From IMG/VR virus record IMGVR_UViG_2904196114_000002: DNA of 64,000 nucleotides. The stretch is one strand, 5' to 3'. This stretch comes from a virus (lineage: Duplodnaviria > Caudoviricetes). A program made the translations under genes and the position numbers. Below, in pieces: positions 43,018-53,426 of the stretch. Positions within the stretch are counted from its first letter, which is position 1. Each line of letters opens with the position of its first letter. Under the pieces are notes generated by a model that was not told where the DNA came from, did no database searches, and was given only the letters and a program-made list of their open reading frames with translations.

Positions 43018-43591
43018 GTTGCTCTCTAATCTGAATTTCTAATGAACAAAGTTTTGCTAACATATTAGCACCAGACTTAGTATTATAGTCTGAATCAGTT
43101 AGCATCTGCTTTAAATTTTCTTCTCTAAGAATCTTAGGTTGAAGCCACCAAATCATCATTCCATAAGCTAATATAATTATTTCATCTAAATCAAGGTCTG
43201 AAATTATTTCTCCTAGATATTTACTCTTAAATAAGATTTCTTCCTCTGTTTCTGTTTCAAAGGTTATCGTACAGTCTTCCTCTTTATACTTTATATTATA
43301 ATCTTTATTGATTTCATACTCTTTATCTGTATATTTTCCTATTAGCTTTATTTCTGCAAATTTATTATTATATTCAATAATAAATTCTGATTGGCCAATT
43401 GGAATTGTAATACAAGACTCTTCTTGTCCTATTATAGACAAATCTTTTCTACATTCGTAAAAATCAAATGTAGCCTTTTGAAGATATGAATACATCATTT
43501 CCTCAATTATTTCTTCTTCAAGTAACAACATCTCCTCATCATTTATTAAAGAAAGAAATTGTTTATATATATCTTTTACTGGTGTAGCCAT
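42956..43591 (-). CDS. Putative head-tail adaptor
   Basis: MATPVKDIYKQFLSLI...EIIILAYGMMIWWLQP...DYNTKSGANML pattern; follows the capsid genes. Confidence 0.55.
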   Translation of the reverse strand: MATPVKDIYKQFLSLINDEEMLLLEEEIIEEMMYSYLQKATFDFYECRKDLSIIGQEESCITIPIGQSEFIIEYNNKFAEIKLIGKYTDKEYEINKDYNIKYKEEDCTITFETETEEEILFKSKYLGEIISDLDLDEIIILAYGMMIWWLQPKILREENLKQMLTDSDYNTKSGANMLAKLCSLEIQIREQLAKYKTRYSYKGFKGWDKIE

Positions 43592-43636
43592 ATCATCACC
43601 ACTCTTTCAACAAAATAGGTGATGTATAACACCACC

Positions 43637-44230
43637 CTAGTCCTCAAATAAGCTTTGTAAACCTAGTCTAGTAGCTATTAAATGTTCTTTATAGTGAGAA
43701 TCAAATTTACCTTTTTTGTATAATTCGATTACCCTTGAACCTAAGCACTCTATCAAACCATAATTAGCTTTTTCTACTAGATTAACAAACTTATCATTAT
43801 CTAATTTTAATAATATATGATTTATATAGTCTAAATCATATTCATCTAAATACTCATACATATCCTTTAAGTTTAAATATTCTAATATATCTTCAACAGT
43901 ATAATCATCACTATCAACATCAATTATAGTTATAAGATAGTTTTCAAAATACCCTCTATGTTTATTTGATATCTCATATAAATCAGACAATAATATAAAT
44001 GTTTTTTCTCCAGCTTTATTCATTTCAAATATTAGTCTTTCATCTCTATCTCTATAAAGAACAGTACCTGTATCTAAGTTCATTATCTCAACTTCTATTT
44101 CATCTTTAAGCTTCCTTAATTCACTTCTCAATTGTTTATATGTTTTTTTTGAACTCTTCTTTTGCAATATTTTATTTTCATTAATTTGTTCAATTTCATT
44201 TGAAACTTCTTTTTTTGCTTTTCCAGCCAT
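43637..44230 (-). CDS. Hypothetical virion-associated protein
   Basis: 197-aa ORF with RBS directly after the major capsid gene. Confidence 0.55.
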   Translation of the reverse strand: MAGKAKKEVSNEIEQINENKILQKKSSKKTYKQLRSELRKLKDEIEVEIMNLDTGTVLYRDRDERLIFEMNKAGEKTFILLSDLYEISNKHRGYFENYLITIIDVDSDDYTVEDILEYLNLKDMYEYLDEYDLDYINHILLKLDNDKFVNLVEKANYGLIECLGSRVIELYKKGKFDSHYKEHLIATRLGLQSLFED

Positions 44231-44256
44231 TTTTAATCTCCCTTCTAATTATAATG

Positions 44257-45246
44257 TTATTGTATCTTATACATGCCAAATTTAGATGCCACAACAACTC
44301 CTAGATGCATTTTTCTTGACATGAACATTTCTATTTGTTGGTCATCTCTAACTGTTCCATCAGTATTTTCTATTATCAATGTGTCACCTTCAAAACCTAA
44401 TTTAATTATCTTCTCATCATTTGGTATAACATATAAAATATTATTGCTTAATGCCCATTTATCTCTCTCAACATCATAATAATTAGGTAATTCTATTACA
44501 GGTGTTCCACTAAAGTTTTTAACATATCCAAAGTTTCTCTTGTCATCTTTATCTAAGTCAGCTCCAACACCTTCTATATTTCCTACTGCCTCTGGAGTTC
44601 CATATATAGCTACAGATTGTCCAGTAGCACCTTTGACCTTGTTAACTATTTTCTTTAAGTCTCTATCTGAATAAGCAGCACTAGTTTTTAAATTAGTATG
44701 TACAGATGTATAAGCTCCTTCCATAGTAGATGCTATTGCCTCTGCTATATGATGTTGGAATGTAGAAGATACTCTATCTACCATTTCAGACCAGTCTATT
44801 CTTCCAGTTATAAATCTATCAAATTCTTCATATATAGCAATTGCTAATTTAAATGCAGATGTAGGAACTTTTTTCTCTAATAATCTTTGTCTTCTTGTAC
44901 TATTTTTACCTTCAGCTATATTTGCAATCCTTAATAAATCAGTATTTTTGACTGTAAATTCTTTTTTACTACCTAAATCAAAGTTTTCTACATCACAAAA
45001 ATCTGAAAATGCCTCTTCAGTTAATCTATTTACTTTATCAGTTATTGTTTCAGATAATATTTGGAATATCTTATATTTATTTTCAAAGAACGTATATTGT
45101 CCCCATTTACCTCCGCATATATCTATTATTTCTTTTCTTAATGCATCTTCACATTGAGCATAATTTTTTACTTTTCCATTTAATATATCATTTGATAAAT
45201 CTTTTAATGCTATTATATCTATAGCCATCTTTTTTCCACCTTTCAT
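44257..45246 (-). CDS. Major capsid protein (real start probably ATG at 45228)
   Basis: ~323 aa after scaffold and decoration genes; AIYEEFDRFITGRIDW and GTPVIELPN motifs of SPbeta-like capsids. Confidence 0.75.
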   Translation of the reverse strand: MKGGKKMAIDIIALKDLSNDILNGKVKNYAQCEDALRKEIIDICGGKWGQYTFFENKYKIFQILSETITDKVNRLTEEAFSDFCDVENFDLGSKKEFTVKNTDLLRIANIAEGKNSTRRQRLLEKKVPTSAFKLAIAIYEEFDRFITGRIDWSEMVDRVSSTFQHHIAEAIASTMEGAYTSVHTNLKTSAAYSDRDLKKIVNKVKGATGQSVAIYGTPEAVGNIEGVGADLDKDDKRNFGYVKNFSGTPVIELPNYYDVERDKWALSNNILYVIPNDEKIIKLGFEGDTLIIENTDGTVRDDQQIEMFMSRKMHLGVVVASKFGMYKIQ

Positions 45247-45298
45247 TAGTCATTTTTTGCATAAAAAAAAGAACTGTTTCCAGTTCATCTATTTGTTA

Positions 45299-45799
45299 TT
45301 ACATAAAAGATACATATACAGACTCTTGTCCATTAAAGTTATACAATTCCTCAACTCTTGCAACTACTGAACCTGTAGTTTTTTTTGTCAATTTATATGT
45401 ATCCGCCTTAAGTTCTAATTCATCACCAAGAGCTACTACACCATCAAAATGTTTTTTAGCTAAAGTCATACATAATCCCTTATGAGGTAATCTAACTCTA
45501 TCTATTTCACTTGCTTTTAATTCATAATCTCTTTCATCTAATCTTTCATCATATTGAAGTGCAACACTGTCTAAAATTCCAAATCTACATCCTTCTGTTA
45601 ATTTTTCTATTTTATAACAATCGTTTCCTAGTTCTGAATCGACTAAACCACCTAATGCAACTATAGCACCATTTTCTAGTACATCACTTCCATTTTTTGC
45701 TGTTACAACATCTGGGTATTTATCTATATCACAATTTAATATCGCTTTATCTGCCATTTTTATATCTCCTTTTTTATTTTTTTTCATAAAAATAAACAC
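45299..45799 (-). CDS. Capsid decoration/cement protein
   Basis: LENGAIVALGGL motif; lies between scaffold and capsid genes. Confidence 0.55.
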   Translation of the reverse strand: MFIFMKKNKKGDIKMADKAILNCDIDKYPDVVTAKNGSDVLENGAIVALGGLVDSELGNDCYKIEKLTEGCRFGILDSVALQYDERLDERDYELKASEIDRVRLPHKGLCMTLAKKHFDGVVALGDELELKADTYKLTKKTTGSVVARVEELYNFNGQESVYVSFM

Positions 45800-47181
45800 T
45801 ACTTATTTGAGTGTTTTCTTAATATTTGTTCATATGATTTTGTATTTTTATTTTCATCTTCTAATGTAGATGAATAATTTATTTTTGCTTCTTCAACTAT
45901 AAGTCCCTTATCTGAATTAAATTTCTTCGTGTTTTCTTTTAACTTAGCATAATCAAGTAAACTTAACTCTTTTCTTAAGTCCTCTAAAGATATCTCTTTA
46001 TTTATAGCAGATTCTTTAAAAGTCTTAATTTCCTCTTCTGTTAAAGAATTAAATTCTGAGATAACACTAGAAACTTCTACTTTATATTCTTCCATTTCTT
46101 TGTCAGCCTTAAATTTTCTTAAACTTTCCAACTCTTCAGTCAGATTTTTTATTTCAATCTCTTTTTCATTAAACTTTTCAAGGACTAATTCTTTTAAAGT
46201 ATCTTCTTTAGAAAAAGTTTCTATAACTTCTCCTTCTTTTTTCTCTCTCCATTCTTCTATATATGATTTTCTGTTTTCATAATCTAAAACAACATCATCT
46301 CCATCTATAGAATATGGTACACCATAATAGTTACAATAATTTATATTATCTTCTAATATAGCTATTTTTTCTTCAGGGAGAATAGTTCTTAAATAATATT
46401 CTCTAGTTGTGTATTTACCTCCCCAGTAAGGGTCTTCAACCTCAACCATCTTATTTTTTAATTGACTATTAATAGAAATTTTTATATTTTCTGTTGATAG
46501 TCCATAGTTTTTCTTTTTATCCAATACATTTTCCTCCTTTCCTTTAAACGAATACATTTCTTTACAAATATCATAAATTGCTTTTTTATATTTTGAAAAA
46601 TTACTATATGAACTTATAGATGCCCCTTCGATTCCAGGAGCAACATCGTCTCCTAAAATAGTAATTCCTAAAAAACTAAATTTTTTAATATTATAATATC
46701 CATCTGCTTTATCAACTTCTCCATCTTCAACTGCTATTTCCATACTTACACTTTTTGACTTTGACTCTGTCAATAATTGATATGCTGAATTAGAATAATG
46801 CTTCCAAATAAGTCCTGTACAGTTCAGATATGTCTTTCCATCTTCTTCTGTGTAAGTTATTTCAGTATTATTTGGAATCACACCAAGCGGTCTTTCTAAG
46901 AATTTATACTCTATAGAATAACCATCTTCATCCTTTACAACTTTAGTTATCATGTTATGCTCGTCAAAATCTATCGCATTTTCTTCATCATCATATTTTA
47001 TATATCCAAGTATTGGTATATCTGATAAAGTTGATTCTGCATTATTTATAGTCGATAAATCAAACTTAGTTTTATTTAAATTTTTACCTTCATGTAAAAT
47101 CTTTAATTTCACATTTAATTTTCTATCATCTTCTTCATTAGAAAATGTCTCAAATCTACATGGAATACTAACTACTTTCAA
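45799..47181 (-). CDS. Prohead protease/scaffold protein
   Basis: HEGKNLNKT...SVSMEI...FLGITILGDDVAPG protease-like N-terminus; acidic coiled-coil C-terminus. Confidence 0.7.
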   Translation of the reverse strand: MKVVSIPCRFETFSNEEDDRKLNVKLKILHEGKNLNKTKFDLSTINNAESTLSDIPILGYIKYDDEENAIDFDEHNMITKVVKDEDGYSIEYKFLERPLGVIPNNTEITYTEEDGKTYLNCTGLIWKHYSNSAYQLLTESKSKSVSMEIAVEDGEVDKADGYYNIKKFSFLGITILGDDVAPGIEGASISSYSNFSKYKKAIYDICKEMYSFKGKEENVLDKKKNYGLSTENIKISINSQLKNKMVEVEDPYWGGKYTTREYYLRTILPEEKIAILEDNINYCNYYGVPYSIDGDDVVLDYENRKSYIEEWREKKEGEVIETFSKEDTLKELVLEKFNEKEIEIKNLTEELESLRKFKADKEMEEYKVEVSSVISEFNSLTEEEIKTFKESAINKEISLEDLRKELSLLDYAKLKENTKKFNSDKGLIVEEAKINYSSTLEDENKNTKSYEQILRKHSNK

Positions 47182-47193
47182 CTTCTCACCTCC

Positions 47194-47397
47194 TTAAATA
47201 AACATTACATCGCTAAAACCTATATCTTTAAAATCTTCCTTACTAAAATTAAGTATTTCAGTAGGTTTATTTTCAAATAAATAAAATGATTCTTCTCCAC
47301 ATTTATTTTTGTTAATAAAAGCAAATCCTTTTTTCATTAATTCGTCTTTTTTATCACTTGTAAATGCAATAATAAACCTTTTATTATTTGTTTTCAT
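47194..47397 (-). CDS. Small hypothetical protein (start revised from 47514)
   Basis: MKTNNKRFIIAFTSDKKDELMKKGF...; overlaps the portal stop region. Confidence 0.55.
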   Translation of the reverse strand: MKTNNKRFIIAFTSDKKDELMKKGFAFINKNKCGEESFYLFENKPTEILNFSKEDFKDIGFSDVMFI

Positions 47398-48868
47398 CTT
47401 TTCTATCTGTTTTATTTCCATTTGTCCCACCATCACCTTTGTCTTCATTAGTAGGTCTTCCAGCATCATTATTTGAAAATGTATATGAAGCCTGTTTAAC
47501 TGGCAACAAATCATCTATCTCCATTAATTGTTCTGCCTTATATAAATTAGCAATTTCAATTGGTTCTTTTCCAGTACTAGCTAAATATACTAGCCTACTA
47601 TCTCCCACACTATTTATATTTTCTCTAAGTTGTTGTGATATTTTAGATTGGTTAAAATAAGTTGTACCGACAAAGTAAAGTTGAAATGCTTTTGATGAGT
47701 TCTTTTCATTTAGTTCATAATTTATCCATGTCTCTATTTCATTTTGAATCCTCATTGGTATTAAACTATCTGCTATGACACCATCTGCAATTGATTCTGT
47801 ATTTATTTTATCTGAGTTAAAAAGAGCTGTATTAATTCCAGCATTATCAAATATAAATTCTTTTGCTTCTTTAACATAATCATTAATCTTTGATTTTCCA
47901 TCACTTAGATTAATTCCTTCCATATCTAGTGGAGTAACTGCTACAGACGTACCAGCTGGTAAGTTTGATTTTATATCATGGTAGTAAGCACTTAATAAAT
48001 CAAAAGCAACTAGTGGCTCACCATCTTTACCATAAGGAACTTTCCCATGTATTAACTTAATACTTTCAATGATAGCATTAGAACCCTTTAAATCTTTCAT
48101 ATCTTCAAGTTCCAGGATATCATCAAATAAAAAGCTAAAAAATGGTATTCCTTTTGTCGAATCAACGTCTATATTAAATGCCACAGCATTATCACTTAAT
48201 TCATAATACTTATTTTCTATTAAGTCTTCTTTTTTTAATCTTCCATCATTCAATTTTTTATATGCTTCTTGAACTTCTACTGGAAATGCCGATAAAGTCT
48301 TCCTATTTATTTTTCTTAAATCAATTCCATACCTTAATACTCCATTTACTTTGGATGTTATTGTACAATAAGAGGCTGGTATTTGTTGCATCATTATGCA
48401 TTTTGAATCTTCAATTTTATATAGATATATTTCTCCTTGTTCTAACACTTTTTCAGTTATCCAAGGACAAATATGTTTAAGTTGATATTTTTTTAGAAGT
48501 GCAGCTGATTTAAAAAAAGAGTCGACATAATCATTTTTATCTTTAAATTTAGAAATATTTATTGGTATAATATAATGGTCAAATGTATTCATGGTTGAAA
48601 TCATATTTAGAATTCTTTTATATGTACCAGATGTTTCTTTAAGTAAAAGACTTACCTTTTGTAGTAATTCTACATTTTTGTAAGGGGCTGTCATAGCTTT
48701 TCTTACTTGGTCTCTACTTATATTTCTTATCTTATACATTTCATTTGATAGATTTATAGTATTTTCTATCATTGCATAATTTCTTTGTCTTAATTGTTCA
48801 TTTAAGTACTTTATTTGGTCTAAAGTATAATCTTTTTTATCTCCTTTGAGTTCTATTATGGTTTCCAC
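47384..48868 (-). CDS. Portal protein
   Basis: 494 aa directly after the terminase large subunit; C-terminal AGRP motif. Confidence 0.75.
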   Translation of the reverse strand: METIIELKGDKKDYTLDQIKYLNEQLRQRNYAMIENTINLSNEMYKIRNISRDQVRKAMTAPYKNVELLQKVSLLLKETSGTYKRILNMISTMNTFDHYIIPINISKFKDKNDYVDSFFKSAALLKKYQLKHICPWITEKVLEQGEIYLYKIEDSKCIMMQQIPASYCTITSKVNGVLRYGIDLRKINRKTLSAFPVEVQEAYKKLNDGRLKKEDLIENKYYELSDNAVAFNIDVDSTKGIPFFSFLFDDILELEDMKDLKGSNAIIESIKLIHGKVPYGKDGEPLVAFDLLSAYYHDIKSNLPAGTSVAVTPLDMEGINLSDGKSKINDYVKEAKEFIFDNAGINTALFNSDKINTESIADGVIADSLIPMRIQNEIETWINYELNEKNSSKAFQLYFVGTTYFNQSKISQQLRENINSVGDSRLVYLASTGKEPIEIANLYKAEQLMEIDDLLPVKQASYTFSNNDAGRPTNEDKGDGGTNGNKTDRKDENK

Positions 48869-50627
48869 CTCCTGACCAGAATGAAATTATTTGTCCACTG
48901 TTCTTACTATTTCTCTTTTTTAATTCTCCATCTAGTAAATTTGCTAGATAATTTCCATATGCTAAGGAAGAATATCTATCTTTCCTTGCTTTTCCCTTTT
49001 CTTTGACCTTAAGCCACTTTTGACCATCATTTTTAACAGTTTCTAAGTTTATTAATTCGTTTACAAGTAATGTAGTTTGTTTGTATGGTAATATCATTCT
49101 CGCTTGGTCTGTATAATTTTTCTTTGCATATCCAGATGTACTACTTAACATGTCATTAGCTTCTACATCATTTATAGGTAACTTTATTCTATTTTTTAGA
49201 AATACATCAAGTAAGCCAATTATACAATCATGATTTATTTGTCCATATGCCTTAATCTCAAATATAACTGGATAATTCTCTTTTGAAACAAAATTATTGT
49301 GTAAATGATTTGTATTAGCATGAGAAAATGCATTATATTCTTTATTTCTAGCATCATCATAATTAACCCTAAGTAAATCAGATAAAACACTTTGGCCTAC
49401 CCCTTGAGTATCTATAACTAAGAAATCTGCTTCAAAATCAAAGAATAATTGTTTTAATCTTATTGCTTGTTTGTCTGGCTTCATACCATTATGAGATTCT
49501 ATATGAACAACCATTCTTTCATAATAATCTTTTTCAGGCAATAATCTCCAACATGTATACACTGAGTTATCATTATTGTCACCTTCTGCAACAGCAATGT
49601 CAGCAGAAATTATTCTTAGTTCACCTTTTCTTTTCTGTAAATTACACTTAACTTTTCCATTTTTAGATGATAATACTTCTAAATCTGTTGGAGGATAAAA
49701 TGGATTTTTTAATGTTCTACATGGATTCACATAAGATGATTTAAATATAGCATCTTCATTTTCTCCAAAGAAAAGTGATTCCATCTCCATAATCCAAGAA
49801 ACGGCATCCATTTCTCTTTTCATTTCATCTGCTCTCTCTTTATCTAATATTCCATGATGAAGAGAAAGTTTATAATTACAATTAAGTACAAATTTATCTC
49901 TACCATCTATCATATCTTTTACATACAATTTAAATTTGTCATATGCTTCATGCATCCTAAACCATGCACTACTTAAATATAATTCTTTATTAGGCTCTGG
50001 AGGGTAATCTTCATATTTTCCATCTTTTTTAAACTTTAGATTTCTACTTACATTTAAAAATGGTTTAAGAATTCTATCTTGTATTTCTTTTTTTACCAAT
50101 CTAAACTCATCTACAATAAGAATATTGAAACGGAAACCTCTTGATTGCTCATTTGATACTATAGCTTCTATAGTGCTTCCATTATGAAATGTTACTTTAG
50201 AAAATTTGTTATTATATTCTATTTTTTTTATCTCTCTAGCTAACATAGGAGATTGTTTTACTAATTCTTTTTCTATCTTTTCTCTTATAATAAGTTCTGC
50301 TTGTGATTTAGTAAGTGCAGCTATACCAATTTTAGAATTTGGATATAAAACAGCTCTACAACATGCATATACAGCAGCAATCCAGCTCTTTGCAAACCCT
50401 CTGGCACATATAAGCATCGCATAATTACATTCATCAAACATATATATAAGAATAATTTGAACTAAATATAAATTAAGACCAAAATAATCAATACAAAATC
50501 TATGTGGATTTTCTCTATAGAACTTAGTCCATTCAATTATTCCTTCTTCAAGAGCTTTATTTTTATCTGAGTTAATTTCGTTATTATTTAGCTTTCTAGT
50601 CTTGGTCATCATTTGGATTATCCTCAC
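48837..50627 (-). CDS. terL: Terminase large subunit
   Basis: ARGFAKS Walker A, ILIVDEFR Walker B, ISADIA...DNS and KDRYSS nuclease motifs. Confidence 0.92.
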   Translation of the reverse strand: MRIIQMMTKTRKLNNNEINSDKNKALEEGIIEWTKFYRENPHRFCIDYFGLNLYLVQIILIYMFDECNYAMLICARGFAKSWIAAVYACCRAVLYPNSKIGIAALTKSQAELIIREKIEKELVKQSPMLAREIKKIEYNNKFSKVTFHNGSTIEAIVSNEQSRGFRFNILIVDEFRLVKKEIQDRILKPFLNVSRNLKFKKDGKYEDYPPEPNKELYLSSAWFRMHEAYDKFKLYVKDMIDGRDKFVLNCNYKLSLHHGILDKERADEMKREMDAVSWIMEMESLFFGENEDAIFKSSYVNPCRTLKNPFYPPTDLEVLSSKNGKVKCNLQKRKGELRIISADIAVAEGDNNDNSVYTCWRLLPEKDYYERMVVHIESHNGMKPDKQAIRLKQLFFDFEADFLVIDTQGVGQSVLSDLLRVNYDDARNKEYNAFSHANTNHLHNNFVSKENYPVIFEIKAYGQINHDCIIGLLDVFLKNRIKLPINDVEANDMLSSTSGYAKKNYTDQARMILPYKQTTLLVNELINLETVKNDGQKWLKVKEKGKARKDRYSSLAYGNYLANLLDGELKKRNSKNSGQIISFWSGGGNHNRTQRR

Positions 50628-51456
50628 TAGCTAAATCAAATACTTTTCTCATTTGTCCTATAAACCACTTATTAATATATGTTTTTATTTTATCTACATC
50701 TTTAAATTGTTCTGAAGGCTCTCCTATAGGTCTGTAATTTTCTATTTTATCAATCCATGTACCCCATGTAATAGTTTCATTTTCTGCTAAACTTGCTTCT
50801 TGAATAGGTTTTATATTTGCATCATTCATAAGCTTTGATATTAAGGTATTCATTTTTTCAAACCCTGTAGCATCACCATTTCTTAGAGCTTCATCACTCT
50901 TTAGTAAACATTTAGAGATTTGTTCTAATAACATCTTTTCAGCAGGTCTTTTACATTGATATGCCATAGAAAACTCATTAAATTTATTTTCTAAAAACAT
51001 ATAGTCTTCTTTTCTTAGTCCTGCTCCCCATCTTTCAACCATATCATTATTTATTTTTATTTCATTTAATTTAAAATCAGAATCAATATCATCTTCAACT
51101 GGATTTTTTGAATTAATATTATCAAGACTTGATTTACTCACATATCTAGCATTTGCTTTAGTTTTCATGTACTCGCCTAACCATTTAGATTTTCCTTTGT
51201 TTTCCTTGTTAATACATGCATTATATAAGTCTTCATCATAATAAACATCTAACATTACAAATAGTCTCTTTGCTGCTATTTTTTTATCCCCAGCATACTT
51301 GTAAACTAATTCATCATACAATTCTTCAACACAATTTTTGCACATAGGAAAAGTACTCAAGCTCTTATGTAATTTACTAGAGCTACTATAAAAATCTCTT
51401 GCTGCTGACTTTTCTTCTCCACAACAAGAACATTTGATTTTACCTTTTCTAGCCAA
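50596..51456 (-). CDS. Zn-finger protein upstream of terL, candidate terminase small subunit
   Basis: CSCC...CKNC; overlaps the terL start. Confidence 0.5.
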   Translation of the reverse strand: MARKGKIKCSCCGEEKSAARDFYSSSSKLHKSLSTFPMCKNCVEELYDELVYKYAGDKKIAAKRLFVMLDVYYDEDLYNACINKENKGKSKWLGEYMKTKANARYVSKSSLDNINSKNPVEDDIDSDFKLNEIKINNDMVERWGAGLRKEDYMFLENKFNEFSMAYQCKRPAEKMLLEQISKCLLKSDEALRNGDATGFEKMNTLISKLMNDANIKPIQEASLAENETITWGTWIDKIENYRPIGEPSEQFKDVDKIKTYINKWFIGQMRKVFDLASEDNPNDDQD

Positions 51457-51598
51457 CTTATCACTCTCCTTTTGAGATGAAAAAAGAGAGGTCAGTATGA
51501 AACCGACCTCAGAAGGGAGATTGAATTTAGCCCATTAAAGGACTAATACCATATCATAATGATGGAATATTATTGTATTAGTCCTTTAATAATTAGCT

Positions 51599-52816
51599 CT
51601 ATTTAAGCTTAATATTATAAGTACATAATCTTCCATCATCATTAAATATCATTAATTTTTGCATTGTATATGAACTTAATCTTAGATTCTTAGCATATGT
51701 ATCTGTTCCAGAAAAACTTCCATTTACAATAATTTCACTTTCTCCATAACTATCTTCTTTACAATTGTGTAGATGAGCCATGAAAATATAATCAGGAATT
51801 GATTTTATAAGAGATGTTAATTTAGGAATTGCTGTAGACATTTTATCTTTATCTCCATGTACTGCAAAACATGTATTTCCACATATTTTAGCAACTATTA
51901 TGTCATTATCATATATATTCTCTTGAAATATTACATTGTCTAAATTTTTAATTCTTAGCTTTATATATTCATCTATCAATAGTGTAAAATTATCTTTATC
52001 TAAGTTTTCATCTTTCTTTGGAAGAACTCTATCATGATTCCCTCCTACTGAATAAACAATAATCTCATTAATTTTTTTAGACAACTCATATATAAATTCA
52101 CTAAGTATTTCAGACACCTCTATAATTTGTTCAACTATATTTTCTCTATTTTCTAATCTTATAGAATTATGTATATGTCCAGAAATCAAATCTCCAAGTA
52201 ACATTACATGTACTCTCTTAACCTTATGTAACTTACTATATTCAATAATTTTATCTTTTAAATATTGTATCCTTATCTTGAATATTTCTGAATTATATCT
52301 ATTAAAAGCATTAATAGTCTCTAATCCATAATGTATATCTGAAATTAGTATAATAGCCTCTTGATTTGAAGATTCATAGCTTTTGTAACTAGAATCACTT
52401 AGAAATGGCTTATGAAGCGATATATCATCTATTTTATTATTAAATAAATCAATTATATTATCTATCCTTGAATATTCTCTTATTTTCTTATTTACTAACG
52501 ACCTTTCATCAGATAACTGTACTTTCATCTTTTTCAACTCTAATATTTTCTCATTTATTTTATCAATCTCTTCTTGAGTAGAATTATCCTGTATCTTAGA
52601 ATTAAGATAATCAAAAGCCTCTTTCAAGCCATATGAAACTTTCCTACAGTGGTCTGGCGAACATTCTAATCCTAATAGTTCAACTATCTCTCCCCAATCC
52701 AAATCTATTTCTTTATTAGCTTTTGCTAATCGTATTCTAAACCTATAGTCAACCAGTGACTCATCTTCTTTTTTCTTCAATATGTCTTCCATATTCAATA
52801 TCTCCCTATTTTTCAC
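51599..52816 (-). CDS. Calcineurin-like metallophosphoesterase
   Basis: ISDIHYG, LGDLISG, GGNHDR, HGD and AHLH motifs. Confidence 0.88.
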   Translation of the reverse strand: MKNREILNMEDILKKKEDESLVDYRFRIRLAKANKEIDLDWGEIVELLGLECSPDHCRKVSYGLKEAFDYLNSKIQDNSTQEEIDKINEKILELKKMKVQLSDERSLVNKKIREYSRIDNIIDLFNNKIDDISLHKPFLSDSSYKSYESSNQEAIILISDIHYGLETINAFNRYNSEIFKIRIQYLKDKIIEYSKLHKVKRVHVMLLGDLISGHIHNSIRLENRENIVEQIIEVSEILSEFIYELSKKINEIIVYSVGGNHDRVLPKKDENLDKDNFTLLIDEYIKLRIKNLDNVIFQENIYDNDIIVAKICGNTCFAVHGDKDKMSTAIPKLTSLIKSIPDYIFMAHLHNCKEDSYGESEIIVNGSFSGTDTYAKNLRLSSYTMQKLMIFNDDGRLCTYNIKLK

Positions 52817-52868
52817 ATAAATATCATTATCAATATATTAAGTAAAAAATAAATAGTCTAATGTTAAT

Positions 52869-53057
52869 TTATTGGACTATTGTTTCACTTAATCTTATCG
52901 TTATATTTAAATCTGTTTTTCCAATATACTGGTCAAAAACATCACTAGATAACACTTCATTATCACCATTTTTTGTATGCTCTATAAATTTATAAGTACC
53001 ATCTTCTTGTTTTATTACTTCACATTTTTCTAAAATTGTTCCTTTATTATTTTTCAT
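52869..53057 (-). CDS. Small YonK-like hypothetical protein
   Basis: 62 aa, RBS AAGGAG; precedes the metallophosphoesterase as in SPbeta-like phages. Confidence 0.55.
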   Translation of the reverse strand: MKNNKGTILEKCEVIKQEDGTYKFIEHTKNGDNEVLSSDVFDQYIGKTDLNITIRLSETIVQ

Positions 53058-53108
53058 ATATTTTCTCCTTTATTTTTATATTATATAACTCTACTGGGAA
53101 TATATTTG

Positions 53109-53403
53109 TTTGCAAATTAGGCAGCCTTGTAGCTAACAATAGCTAATATAAGTTAACGCATTTCGCATTTATCAAGGATTTTATATAACTTTTTTATTTT
53201 ATTTTTGATATTTTAATAATTTAATCTTTTATACTTGAGATTTCACATTTGAATTTTTAACTTTAAGCTTTATATCCATTATTCTCTTTTATACAGTACA
53301 ATCGTTTCGTTTGTATGTACCCATCACTTTTATATAAGCAGTTTGATTTTTAACCCAAAATCAATGGGAACTTATAATTTATGTTATTCGCCTAACCTGC
53401 AAA
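53109..53403 (-). ncRNA. Putative structured RNA with heptad-repeat array
   Basis: 14-bp closing stem UUUGCAGGUUAGGC/GCCUAAUUUGCAAA; several internal helices; 7 tandem AAANNUN-type heptads; no ORF. Confidence 0.7.
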
Positions 53404-53426
53404 TTAAAAAATAGTCCAATTAAGGA

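Noticed and set aside
1914-50424. Many short plus-strand ORFs inside long minus-strand genes (e.g. 1914, 7017, 14722, 17737, 21808, 29190, 42131)
   Set aside because: Antisense shadows of AT-rich coding sequence with biased F/S/L/I composition and no RBS.
53200-53290. Heptad tract as a coding or simple low-complexity repeat
   Set aside because: A period of 7 is incompatible with codon structure, there is no ORF, and the tract is enclosed by long helices; treated as an RNA element instead.
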